Origin: Minisyncoccota bacterium
GTDB lineage: Bacteria; Patescibacteriota; Minisyncoccia; Phycocordibacterales; UBA5272
Assembly: GCA_018061825.1 (NCBI GenBank)
Contig: JAGOTK010000003.1
Location: forward strand, 1-59,250
Length of the DNA stretch: 59,250 nucleotides
Reading direction: 5' to 3'
The notes beneath the pieces are model-generated. The model was not told where the DNA came from. It made no database searches and worked only from the letters and a program-made list of their open reading frames with translations. Position numbers and translations under genes: made by a program. This document shows, in pieces, positions 39,467-47,792 of this stretch. Positions within the stretch are counted from its first letter, which is position 1. Each line of letters starts with the position of its first letter.

Positions 39467-40165
39467 TTATTCTTCTAGACCAGCTTTTATAATATTTAAA
39501 ATCATTCCAACTCCAGAACGAGATGAATCATTACAAATGATAGGATATTCTATTGTTGAAATATTACAATCAGTATTTGATAAAGAGACCACAGGTATAT
39601 GAGCTATTGCAGCTTCTTTTACTGGAATTTCTTCATGTTTTGAATCTACTACTACAATAGCACCTGGTAAATTATTCATACCTGAAAGACCACCAAAATT
39701 TTTTTCAAGTTTATCGATTTCTCTTTGCATTAAAAGTTGCTCTTTTTTTGTAAATTTTGACCACTCACCACTATCTTTTTCTGTAATCATAGCTTGATGT
39801 TTCTCAATACGTTTCTTAATCTGAGGAAAATTAGTAATTGATCCACCAATAAATCTATTTACAATATAGTATTCTCCGATAGAAAGAGCCATTTCTTTTA
39901 CAATTTGAACTATTTCTGGTTTTTCACCAATAAAAATAATTTTCTTTCCTTGTTCTTTTACACTTTTTAGAAAAGTAATAGCTTCTTTAATTTGTTCTTT
40001 AGTCTTATTTAAATCTATAATATCTACACCATTACTTGTATTGTGTATAAAAGATTTTGTTGATGGATGTCTGCGAGTCTTTGAATAACCATAAGCTACT
40101 CCAGCTTTAGCCATGTCTTCTATATTTGTATTTTCAATGTCTATCTTGTTTTGTATACTTGTCAT
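39467..40165 (-). CDS. rpsB: 30S ribosomal protein S2
   Basis: 232 aa. AGVAYGYSKTRRHPSTKSFI; rpsB-tsf synteny. Confidence 0.9.
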   Translation of the reverse strand: MTSIQNKIDIENTNIEDMAKAGVAYGYSKTRRHPSTKSFIHNTSNGVDIIDLNKTKEQIKEAITFLKSVKEQGKKIIFIGEKPEIVQIVKEMALSIGEYYIVNRFIGGSITNFPQIKKRIEKHQAMITEKDSGEWSKFTKKEQLLMQREIDKLEKNFGGLSGMNNLPGAIVVVDSKHEEIPVKEAAIAHIPVVSLSNTDCNISTIEYPIICNDSSRSGVGMILNIIKAGLEE

Positions 40166-40188
40166 AATAATTGTTTAAAAGTTTCTAT

Positions 40189-40217
40189 ATCTTATCAAAT
40201 TTCCTTAGAATTAGCAA
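40189..40217 (-). promoter_or_regulatory. TTGCTA-17-(TGA)TAAGAT promoter upstream of rpsB
   Basis: Read on the reverse complement. Confidence 0.45.
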
Positions 40218-40236
40218 GAGTATCCTAAATACTAAA

Positions 40237-41607
40237 TTATTTACTATACTGAGTCAAATAATCTATATTTGACTGAATTCCTGGTACTTTGGACATTACA
40301 GATTTTCCATAAGAACAATTACTTCCTCCTGTACCATAATATCTACAAGCTGCCTTAATCTGAGAAAGATAAGAAGTGGCAGCTCCTAAATCAGCCAAAT
40401 ATCTTGATGATGCAAATATAGCATCATGAGCATTCCATGGATTATATATATCAATCTCTGAAGCTACTTCTTTCCATGTAGATGGGATAAATTGCGCTGG
40501 TCCCATAGCACCACCATAGCCACCAGCTGAAGGTATAGGGCAAGATACCACTGTCTTTAATGGATCCATTCCTAAACTAGCAGTTATCTTCAAAAACACA
40601 GGAATATCCCTACTTGCTTTCATCACATTTGGAAATTTTTTTCCTGAGCTAATATTGTATCCAGCTCCTGTGGAAGTATCAGACAGATAGCATTTACCAA
40701 CATTTGCTCCGAGAGATGATTCTTGGGTTAAAATAGCCAATACAAAGGCAGCAGAAACTCCAGTCTTAACTTGTGCAGCTTTAGCATAATTTAAAGCATC
40801 ACCAAAAGATATTGCTGCCGTACTTCCTCCAGCAAATTTAAAAAGTGCTGCTTTAATTTTTGTTGCCTCAGCCTGCTTATCTGAAAGTTGTTTCTTATAC
40901 AAAACCTCTTGTCCTTTTGTTTCTTTTAAAAGAGTATTCTTTTGACTTTTTGATACAGATATCTGATCCTGTTCTACCTTTTGTTGATTTTTAAGAGCAA
41001 GTTGAGAGTCTTTGTTATTCTCAAGATCTGATTTTACTTGATTTACTTTATCTGTGGTATTTTTTATTTTAGAAACATTATTATTAATAGCATTTTGTAA
41101 ATCTCCTATTTTATTTATATCTTCAAAAAATTGAGATAAAGATTTATCGGTTAAAATAAAAGTCACAAAATTATTTGAACCATCAAATATGTTCATATTA
41201 CGAAGAGAGCCGCTTAAAGCATCTCTTTGACTTTCCATGGTATCACTCAGATTACCAAGTTCTATATTTTTATCAAGAATCTGACTACTTAATACTGTAA
41301 TATTATTATCTATCTTTTTTATTTGTAGCTGTCTTTCATTTATTTTAGCTTGTAAAATAGAAATATCACGAGATAAAGATGCCGATTGAGCTTGAGTTGT
41401 AGATATCACTTTTTGTTGCTCAGCTATTTGAGCCTCTAAAAGATTTAATTCATTTTGAAGTCTTGCTCTTGTCTCATCTATATTTTGAGCCAAAGAATCC
41501 TTAACATTAAAAGTTATTGGGAGTATTAGAATCAAAAAAATAAAAGAAGACAACAAAAAATGTCTCGCAAATTGAGTCTTGCTTTTCATATAAGTATATT
41601 TTATCAT
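40237..41607 (-). CDS. Secreted coiled-coil protein with C-terminal lytic transglycosylase (SLT/MltB-like) domain
   Basis: 456 aa. N-terminal TM/signal, ~220 aa heptad-rich region. C-terminus has LTQESSLGANVGKCY and GAMGPAQFIPSTW. Confidence 0.7.
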   Translation of the reverse strand: MIKYTYMKSKTQFARHFLLSSFIFLILILPITFNVKDSLAQNIDETRARLQNELNLLEAQIAEQQKVISTTQAQSASLSRDISILQAKINERQLQIKKIDNNITVLSSQILDKNIELGNLSDTMESQRDALSGSLRNMNIFDGSNNFVTFILTDKSLSQFFEDINKIGDLQNAINNNVSKIKNTTDKVNQVKSDLENNKDSQLALKNQQKVEQDQISVSKSQKNTLLKETKGQEVLYKKQLSDKQAEATKIKAALFKFAGGSTAAISFGDALNYAKAAQVKTGVSAAFVLAILTQESSLGANVGKCYLSDTSTGAGYNISSGKKFPNVMKASRDIPVFLKITASLGMDPLKTVVSCPIPSAGGYGGAMGPAQFIPSTWKEVASEIDIYNPWNAHDAIFASSRYLADLGAATSYLSQIKAACRYYGTGGSNCSYGKSVMSKVPGIQSNIDYLTQYSK

Positions 41608-41642
41608 AAAAAAAGCTTTAAATAATAAAAGTTAAGAAAATA

Positions 41643-41673
41643 AAAAAACATGAGATTTTATCTCATGTTTTTT
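41643..41673 (-). terminator. Hairpin terminator after rplY
   Basis: aaaaaacatgaga-tttta-tctcatgtttttt. Confidence 0.8.
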
Positions 41674-41685
41674 ATCTATTTTTTA

Positions 41686-42309
41686 TTATTCTGTAGTGTT
41701 AGTATCTTCTTCTTTCTTTCCTTTTTCTTGTACTTCGATAGTTGAGATATCACCTTCTACTGGAGCTGATAAGTCTTCTTCTTTTGCTACTGATATTGAA
41801 GCTACCACTTCTTCACCATCCATACGATAAAGAGTCACGCCTACTGGAAGCTTTAAATCTTTAGTTTTAATAATAGAATCTAAAGTGTCTAATGAAGATA
41901 TATCTACAGGTATATTGTGAGGTAAATTTGTAGCATCTCCTTCTATTTCTATTTCGTGTAATACTTTTACTAAAGTACCGCCTAGACTCTTTACAGCTTC
42001 AGAGATTCCAACAAATTCAAGATTAACACTAGTATCAATCTTTGCTCCTTTTTCTACAATATAAAAATCTACATGAATAGGAGTATTTTTAACTGGATTA
42101 TATGCAACATCTTGAATCATTGCTTGTATTTTTTTGTCTCCTATAAGCTCTATAACTGATGACTCACCTGCTTCTTTATAAATCTTACTAAAAGCTATAG
42201 CTTCTACGAATATTGGATGAGATTTTTCTTTAAGACCATAAAATACACCTTTAAGCATTCCTTCTTTTTCTTCTCCTATTGTTCTGTTTTCGAAATTAAG
42301 TGATAACAT
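41686..42309 (-). CDS. rplY: 50S ribosomal protein L25/Ctc
   Basis: 207 aa. GMLKGVFYGLKEKSHPIFV, beta-barrel region, acidic tail. Confidence 0.85.
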   Translation of the reverse strand: MLSLNFENRTIGEEKEGMLKGVFYGLKEKSHPIFVEAIAFSKIYKEAGESSVIELIGDKKIQAMIQDVAYNPVKNTPIHVDFYIVEKGAKIDTSVNLEFVGISEAVKSLGGTLVKVLHEIEIEGDATNLPHNIPVDISSLDTLDSIIKTKDLKLPVGVTLYRMDGEEVVASISVAKEEDLSAPVEGDISTIEVQEKGKKEEDTNTTE

Positions 42310-42320
42310 ATTTTTATAAA

Positions 42321-42476
42321 TTACTTTTTAGATTCTTTAAATTCAACATGCTTTCTAAGTTTTTTAGAAAATTTCTTGAAAGCCAGCTTTCTTGTTACTT
42401 GTTTTTTGTTTTTTCTTGTGTAATAAGCTTCACCTGTTTCTTTGTTAGTAAGCTTGATTAATAAATCTTGAGACAT
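42321..42476 (-). CDS. rpmG: 50S ribosomal protein L33
   Basis: Translated by hand (below ORF-track cutoff): MSQDLLIKLTNKETGEAYYTRKNKKQVTRKLAFKKFSKKLRKHVEFKESKK. Carries the YYT.KNK...KL..KKF...RKHV L33 pattern. Confidence 0.8.
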   Translation of the reverse strand: MSQDLLIKLTNKETGEAYYTRKNKKQVTRKLAFKKFSKKLRKHVEFKESKK

Positions 42477-42500
42477 AAATTTCTTTTAAATGATGAGCAA

Positions 42501-42529
42501 AATATACTATATTTTAGAAATAATTGCAA
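42501..42529 (-). promoter_or_regulatory. TTGCAA-17-TATATT promoter upstream of rpmG-rplY
   Basis: Read on the reverse complement. Confidence 0.5.
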
Positions 42530-42541
42530 ATTTTATATTTT

Positions 42542-43963
42542 TTAGAATTCCAATTTTTCTTCCAGATACTTTTTAAGATCAGATATCTTCACTCTTTCTT
42601 GCTGCATAGTATCTCTGTCACGCACTGTGACAGACTCATCATTAAGGCTATCATAATCAAAAGTTAGACAATATGGAGTACCTATTTCATCTTGTCTTCT
42701 GTATCTTTTTCCAATTGATCCAGACATATCAAATTCACAAAAGTATTTTTTAGAAAGATCTTTCCATATATTTTTTGCTGGAATACTTAATTCTTCTTTT
42801 TTCATCAAAGGCAATATCGCAAATTTTACAGGAGAAAGTCTTTTGTCTAATTTTAATACTATTCTTTCTTCTCCTTCTTTCACTTCTTCTTTTGTGTACG
42901 CATTATCAATAAACGCAAGCATCATGCGAGCAACTCCTACAGAAGTTTCTACAATATGTGGGACAAATCTTTCTTTAGTAGCTTCATCAAAATAAGATAA
43001 ATCTTTTCCTGAAAATTTTGAATGTTGAGAAAGATCCCAATCACCTCTGGCATGTATTCCTTCTAGCTCTTTAAATTCTCCACCGAGCATATTATATTTA
43101 TATTCTATATCATATGCGTCACTCGCATAATGAGCAAGTTTTTCATGCTTATACCATTTTATATTTTCTTTTTTAATTCCATATTCTAAATAAAAACTCA
43201 ATCTGTATTCTTTCCATTCATTAAAATAATTTTCTGTAGCATTTCCATCAAATGCTTTTGGATTAAAAAAATATTGCATTTCCATTTGCTCAAACTCACG
43301 AGTCCTAAACACAAATTGCTTTGTGACAATCTCATTTCTAAAAGCTTTACCAATCTGAGCTATACCAAAAGGTATTTTTGGATGTAAAGAATCTAAAGTA
43401 TTTTTGTACTCTAAATATATACCTCCACAAGTCTCAGGTCTTAAATAGACAACATTTTCTTCTGATAAAGCATCTGTAGGAGATCCTAAATTACTCTTCA
43501 CCATAAGTGAAAACACTTTTGCTTGTGTCAATTCTGCCTTACCACAATTAGAGCAAATCAACTTTTTTTCATCCCTTAATTTATCAAGCTCAGAATTTAT
43601 AAATTCAAGTGATGCTTTATCAGCATTTATATTAAATTCTTCAAGTATATGATCTGCACGAAATCTTGCTTTACAATTTTTACAATCTACTTGTGGATCA
43701 TTAAATGTATCTATGTGTCCGCTTGCTTTCCATGTTGTTGGGTGCATAAAAATACCAGAATCAAGAGAAAAAATATCTTCTCTTTCTTGAATCATACTTT
43801 TCATCCAAGCAGATTTTATATTTTGCATTAGTAAAAATCCATAATGTCCATAATCATACACACCATTCATTCCTCCATAAATCTCACTAGAAGGAAATAC
43901 AAATCCTCTACTCTTTAAAAAAGAAACTATCTCTTGCATCAAATCATTTTTTATTTCTTTCAT
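42542..43963 (-). CDS. glyQS: Glycyl-tRNA synthetase (dimeric class II type)
   Basis: 473 aa. GFVFPSSEIYGGMNGVYDYGHYG, FRNEI, anticodon-binding C-terminus. Confidence 0.95.
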   Translation of the reverse strand: MKEIKNDLMQEIVSFLKSRGFVFPSSEIYGGMNGVYDYGHYGFLLMQNIKSAWMKSMIQEREDIFSLDSGIFMHPTTWKASGHIDTFNDPQVDCKNCKARFRADHILEEFNINADKASLEFINSELDKLRDEKKLICSNCGKAELTQAKVFSLMVKSNLGSPTDALSEENVVYLRPETCGGIYLEYKNTLDSLHPKIPFGIAQIGKAFRNEIVTKQFVFRTREFEQMEMQYFFNPKAFDGNATENYFNEWKEYRLSFYLEYGIKKENIKWYKHEKLAHYASDAYDIEYKYNMLGGEFKELEGIHARGDWDLSQHSKFSGKDLSYFDEATKERFVPHIVETSVGVARMMLAFIDNAYTKEEVKEGEERIVLKLDKRLSPVKFAILPLMKKEELSIPAKNIWKDLSKKYFCEFDMSGSIGKRYRRQDEIGTPYCLTFDYDSLNDESVTVRDRDTMQQERVKISDLKKYLEEKLEF

Positions 43964-43968
43964 AAAAA

Positions 43969-44229
43969 TTAAATATTGGAATCAAAAAATTCTGTAACAA
44001 ATTTATAAATCGATCCAGCAGAAAATATTATCACTAAACCAATAAGACCCCAAAGCATATGGTTTTTACCTTTTTTAATACCTTCATCTTCGCCATTTAC
44101 TCTTGCTATCATAAAATTGACAACTCCATATAAAAACCACACAAAAGATAAAGAAGATAAAAGAAAAATAGCAGGATTTACAAACTGATCTACTAAACGA
44201 ACACCTATTGTATCAAAGCTTTCTATCAT
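43969..44229 (-). CDS. Stand-alone VirB2/TrbC-like helix-loop-helix pilin-module protein
   Basis: 86 aa. Helix AIFLLSSLSFVWFLYGVVNFMI, loop ARVNGEDEGIKKGKNHM, helix LWGLIGLVIIFSAGSIY. 5 nt upstream of glyQS. Confidence 0.6.
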   Translation of the reverse strand: MIESFDTIGVRLVDQFVNPAIFLLSSLSFVWFLYGVVNFMIARVNGEDEGIKKGKNHMLWGLIGLVIIFSAGSIYKFVTEFFDSNI

Positions 44230-44246
44230 AAATTTAATTATAAAAA

Positions 44247-44255
44247 ATTATATCA
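44247..44255 (-). promoter_or_regulatory. Extended -10 TGATATAAT upstream of the 86-aa pilin-module gene / glyQS
   Basis: 17 nt to the ATG. Confidence 0.5.
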
Positions 44256-44270
44256 CGATAATAAAAAAAC

Positions 44271-44300
44271 AAAAACATTTAGAAAAATCTAAATGTTTTT
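44271..44300 (-). terminator. Hairpin terminator
   Basis: aaaaacatttaga-aaaa-tctaaatgttttt. Confidence 0.75.
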
Positions 44301-44332
44301 GTAGTCTATATAATCTCTACATTATCAAAAAA

Positions 44333-44929
44333 TTATCTAGGCAATTTTGGCGCATTTACTTGTGCAGTTGGATTTATACCGATAGCGTCTCCAAAGAATG
44401 CAATAATTCCCCAAAGAGTGACCATTACAAATATCGCAGCCAATGAATAACCCATACCTTTTACAGCCTTTTCTCTTCCTTCTTCTTTATCTGCGTCAAC
44501 AATAAAATATCTAATAAGAAACCAAAAGAATAATACCACAGCTACTCCGAGAAGAATTGGAGGTAAAAGAGAGATTATCCCTCCCAATTGTGCTAGAAGA
44601 TTTGTAATAAATGAAAGATCTGCAGTATTACCTGATTGTCTTACTACTTTACCTTGTTGATAAGAAGCATTTCCTGCTGGGGTCCCATTTGCTGGGACTC
44701 CGTTTGCTGGGACTCCACTTACTACTGGTCTAACACCTCCAGTCTGCACATTCACTCCAACCCCTCCTGCTGCTTGGACATTTACAGATGTACCTGTCTG
44801 TGCACAACTTCCATCAGTATTATATCTAACACAAGTGACTTGGACACCTCCACCTATAATCTGTGCAGATGCAATACCTATAGATAATGCAAAAATTACT
44901 CCTGAAATAACTCCTATATATTTTTTCAT
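44333..44929 (-). CDS. Secreted Gly/Val-rich protein with C-terminal pilin-like helix-loop-helix module
   Basis: 198 aa. Signal peptide, GGVQV/GVGVNVQTGGV and GVPANGVPANGTPAG repeats. Then LLPPILLGVAVVLFFWFLIRYFIVDADKEEGREKAVKGMGYSLAAIFVMVTLWGIIAFF. Confidence 0.6.
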   Translation of the reverse strand: MKKYIGVISGVIFALSIGIASAQIIGGGVQVTCVRYNTDGSCAQTGTSVNVQAAGGVGVNVQTGGVRPVVSGVPANGVPANGTPAGNASYQQGKVVRQSGNTADLSFITNLLAQLGGIISLLPPILLGVAVVLFFWFLIRYFIVDADKEEGREKAVKGMGYSLAAIFVMVTLWGIIAFFGDAIGINPTAQVNAPKLPR

Positions 44930-44991
44930 AATGAATTTATTGATTTATAAAATAATGTAAAGACTATTTTGACTAAAATAATCATGCCTTA

Positions 44992-45000
44992 ATTATATCA
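44992..45000 (-). promoter_or_regulatory. Extended -10 TGATATAAT upstream of the 198-aa gene
   Basis: 62 nt to the ATG. Confidence 0.45.
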
Positions 45001-45049
45001 TTAAAAAAAATAAGACAAGATTCTTATACACAAATAACAAAATAAAGAA

Positions 45050-45077
45050 AAAAGCGTTGCAATAATGCAACGCTTTT
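45050..45077 (-). terminator. Hairpin terminator
   Basis: aaaagcgttgca-ataa-tgcaacgctttt. Confidence 0.8.
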
Positions 45078-45201
45078 ATTAAATAAAAAAAATAAAAAAA
45101 ATAGCCGTTAATCGACACATATTATATCAATATTGATATCGTCTGTGTAAATTACGACAGAGATATATATTAAAAATAAATGTATAAATTAACGACTAGG
45201 T

Positions 45202-45438
45202 TTAGTCTTTCTTTTTCTTTTTAAAGTAAACAATTGCTACTATCAAAAGAATGATTACTAAACCAGGACTTTTCTGTGACTGAAGGTTTAAAGCATTAGC
45301 TATAGAACCAATCACAGACCCAAGTGCTCCAAATATTGAAGCCATAGCATCCCATATAGATGGTACAAACATAATGAGCATGATCACTATTGCTACAACA
45401 CCACCTGGAATAGAGGCTGATTTTTTTTCGTCTGACAT
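45202..45438 (-). CDS. Small 2-3 TM membrane protein, independently transcribed
   Basis: 78 aa with a KKKKKD tail. TTGACA-17-TATAGT promoter at 45528-45556; terminator at 45050-45077. Confidence 0.55.
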   Translation of the reverse strand: MSDEKKSASIPGGVVAIVIMLIMFVPSIWDAMASIFGALGSVIGSIANALNLQSQKSPGLVIILLIVAIVYFKKKKKD

Positions 45439-45527
45439 AAAATAAATTTAATAGATTAAAAGAATTATAAAAAAATTCTATGTACTAGGCATTCGCCTCA
45501 ATAACAAAGAACTAAATATCTGTGTAT

Positions 45528-45556
45528 ACTATATACCAAATAAAAATATTTGTCAA
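45528..45556 (-). promoter_or_regulatory. TTGACA-17-TATAGT promoter for the 78-aa gene
   Basis: Read on the reverse complement. ~80-nt leader with a small aggc-attc-gcct hairpin. Confidence 0.55.
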
Positions 45557-45589
45557 GCGAAATAATAGAATTTATGATAAAAATAAAAT

Positions 45590-45614
45590 AAAACCCTTAT
45601 TTTATAAGGGTTTT
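45590..45614 (-). terminator. Hairpin terminator closing the SBP/pilin-like operon
   Basis: aaaacccttat-ttt-ataagggtttt. Confidence 0.8.
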
Positions 45615-45634
45615 ATTTAGTTATGTTTCATTTT

Positions 45635-46630
45635 TTACTGACAATCTTTTACTTTAATTCCTGTAATTGAAGTCTTTTGTCCTGTACTTACAGAAAGAGC
45701 TTCCCATGTATCCTTGTCAACAATACCATCATTTGGTAATCCATTTGTTTTTTGAAATGATTTTACAAAAATAGCATCTATATTTTCATAAGTTGTACCA
45801 AAAGTATCACCTAATTTGTATATATCTCTACCAAGATAAGCAGTGACACAATTTTTCTTTTTTAAAAGACCTACTAATAGTGTAAAAGCATTCCCATCTC
45901 TAGAAGCACCTGCTTTTAAATCTGATTTAGCCCCTATATTTATTACAGGATAATTTGTCTGATTTGCAAAAGGATTATCAACTATATTTCCAGTAGAATT
46001 TTTTTCTAATTTCATTTTATCTAATTCATCTGTAGTCACGCAAATACCTTTTTCCGTATCTTTAGCTTTACCGTTTGTACCTTGACACACCAATTCATCT
46101 CCACAAACATCCTTAGAATTTTTACCAGTACAAGGACTGTATTTATTAGATGCGAAATCTTTTACTAATTTTTTAGAGTTATCTTCACTTTCTGTTACTT
46201 TTTCTTTTATACCTGCTGGCGTAGTAAATGCTACAGACTGAATTTGGATATTATTATCATCTTTCATTCCTAAAAAGTCTTGCGCTAATTTTATTATTCC
46301 CCATGTTGATACCATTACAAATAATGCAATTAATCCCCACATCATAGCTTCTTTATCTTTTTGAAGTCTAGTGTCATCACCACTTGATCTATCATAAATA
46401 AATCTGACGATACCATAAAAAAATACTACAAAAGAAGCTGTCATTAAAAGAGTCGTAGCAGAAGATAGTATATTAGTTGTAATATTATTTGCAGCCTCTT
46501 TAAAATTTAAAGACCCTTGAAGTCCGTTATCTGCTCCTGAAGCAGCAAAAGAGAAGTTTATATTTATAAAAATCAAAGTAAAGACTGATGATAATATTTT
46601 TAAGAAATTTTTTAAATTATTTTTTTTCAT
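45635..46630 (-). CDS. Secreted pilin-module protein with Cys-rich head and C-terminal peptidoglycan-binding-like motif
   Basis: 331 aa. Signal peptide; module ...SFVVFFYGIVRFIYDRSSGDDTRLQKDKEAMMWGLIALFVMVSTWGII; C-terminus FVKSFQKTNGLPNDGIVDKDTWEAL. Confidence 0.65.
   Translation of the reverse strand: MKKNNLKNFLKILSSVFTLIFININFSFAASGADNGLQGSLNFKEAANNITTNILSSATTLLMTASFVVFFYGIVRFIYDRSSGDDTRLQKDKEAMMWGLIALFVMVSTWGIIKLAQDFLGMKDDNNIQIQSVAFTTPAGIKEKVTESEDNSKKLVKDFASNKYSPCTGKNSKDVCGDELVCQGTNGKAKDTEKGICVTTDELDKMKLEKNSTGNIVDNPFANQTNYPVINIGAKSDLKAGASRDGNAFTLLVGLLKKKNCVTAYLGRDIYKLGDTFGTTYENIDAIFVKSFQKTNGLPNDGIVDKDTWEALSVSTGQKTSITGIKVKDCQ
46332..46408 (-). repeat. 77-nt near-identical core shared with 47442-47518
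   Basis: aatccccacatcatagcttctttatctttttg... is identical for the first 32 nt, with about 6 mismatches overall. Confidence 0.85.
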
Positions 46631-46636
46631 AAATTT

Positions 46637-47758
46637 TTATTTATTACGATTTTCTACAAACATAATAACTGCTTTTGTAGAAGGACCCACGAGGTTATCT
46701 TCTTTTAAGAAAAATTTTGCTTGAAAATTTAAAAGTGCTTGAGTTGTTTTTCCTCCATATATACCGTCTATTCCATGAGTACCTGAGGTACCTAAATCAT
46801 ACCCTTGATCACGTAAAAAGCTTTGCAAGTCTGATACAGAGCCGTCAGAATTTGCATCTGTAGATTTTCCATTCGTCATCAGAGCAGGCCAGAAATCTAC
46901 ACTATAAAGATCCCTGTCTGGCTTTGCTCCCATATGTCTATATAATATCACTGCTTTCGTACCATATCCTACGATACCATCTTGAGCTAAAGCATTTGCT
47001 TTTTGAAAAGCTTTCACCGCTAAAGTGGTTTTTGGACCATATATACCATCTACACCATCTTTATTTGGACCAGTATTTCCTAAATAATTAGCATAGCCGT
47101 GATCTTTTAAAAATAACTGAAGCTGAGCAATCTCATTTGTACCATTTGGTGAACCCATGTCTTCTTTTAAATTATTTTGCCAAGCACGAATCTTTTCTAT
47201 ATCATATGAGCTATCAATATTACTTACAACGTCTAACTTTTTAGTAGTATCTTTTGGATCTTTAAAAACTTGATCTTTTATACCTCCTTTATTTGCATTT
47301 GAAGCTGGATCAGATTTGCTATCACAACTTCCAGCAGCACAAATCTTTGGAAGATTTATATCACCAGAGTCCCCTATTCCTAGGAATCCTTGAAACATTT
47401 TTATTATTCCCCAGACAGATATCAAAATAAACAAAGCGACCAATCCCCACATCATAGCTTCTTTATCTTTTTGTAATCTAGTCTCGTCACCACTTGATCT
47501 ATCATAAATAAATCTAACTAATCCAAATAAAAATAAAGCAAAAGCAACACTGCTAAGCAATGTCACTAAATTTCCAAATATATTTGTATTTATATTTTGT
47601 ATCAATTTTCCTGCTCCTGAAATATTGTCACCTATAAGACCGACATGATCTGTACTCTTTGTAGCTGCTGTAGAGGTAGCTCTAGCAATACCACTAATAC
47701 TAATAAAAAAAATAAAAAGTGAAACGGAAATATTTTTTGTAAGAAATTTTTTGAACAT
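46637..47758 (-). CDS. Secreted pilin-module protein with two PG_binding_1-like domains (paralog of 45635-46630)
   Basis: 373 aa. Module ...FALFLFGLVRFIYDRSSGDETRLQKDKEAMMWGLVALFILISVWGII. Two repeats of L(Q)xFLxDxGY...DGIYGxKTxxAxxxFQ. Confidence 0.65.
   Translation of the reverse strand: MFKKFLTKNISVSLFIFFISISGIARATSTAATKSTDHVGLIGDNISGAGKLIQNINTNIFGNLVTLLSSVAFALFLFGLVRFIYDRSSGDETRLQKDKEAMMWGLVALFILISVWGIIKMFQGFLGIGDSGDINLPKICAAGSCDSKSDPASNANKGGIKDQVFKDPKDTTKKLDVVSNIDSSYDIEKIRAWQNNLKEDMGSPNGTNEIAQLQLFLKDHGYANYLGNTGPNKDGVDGIYGPKTTLAVKAFQKANALAQDGIVGYGTKAVILYRHMGAKPDRDLYSVDFWPALMTNGKSTDANSDGSVSDLQSFLRDQGYDLGTSGTHGIDGIYGGKTTQALLNFQAKFFLKEDNLVGPSTKAVIMFVENRNK
47442..47518 (-). repeat. 77-nt near-identical core shared with 46332-46408
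   Basis: Same as the partner copy; encodes RFIYDRSSGD(D/E)TRLQKDKEAMMWGL. Confidence 0.85.
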
Positions 47759-47775
47759 AATTTTATATTGATAAA

Positions 47776-47784
47776 ATTATATCA
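47776..47784 (-). promoter_or_regulatory. Extended -10 TGATATAAT upstream of the 373-aa gene
   Basis: 17 nt to the ATG. Confidence 0.45.
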
Positions 47785-47792
47785 TATATAAT

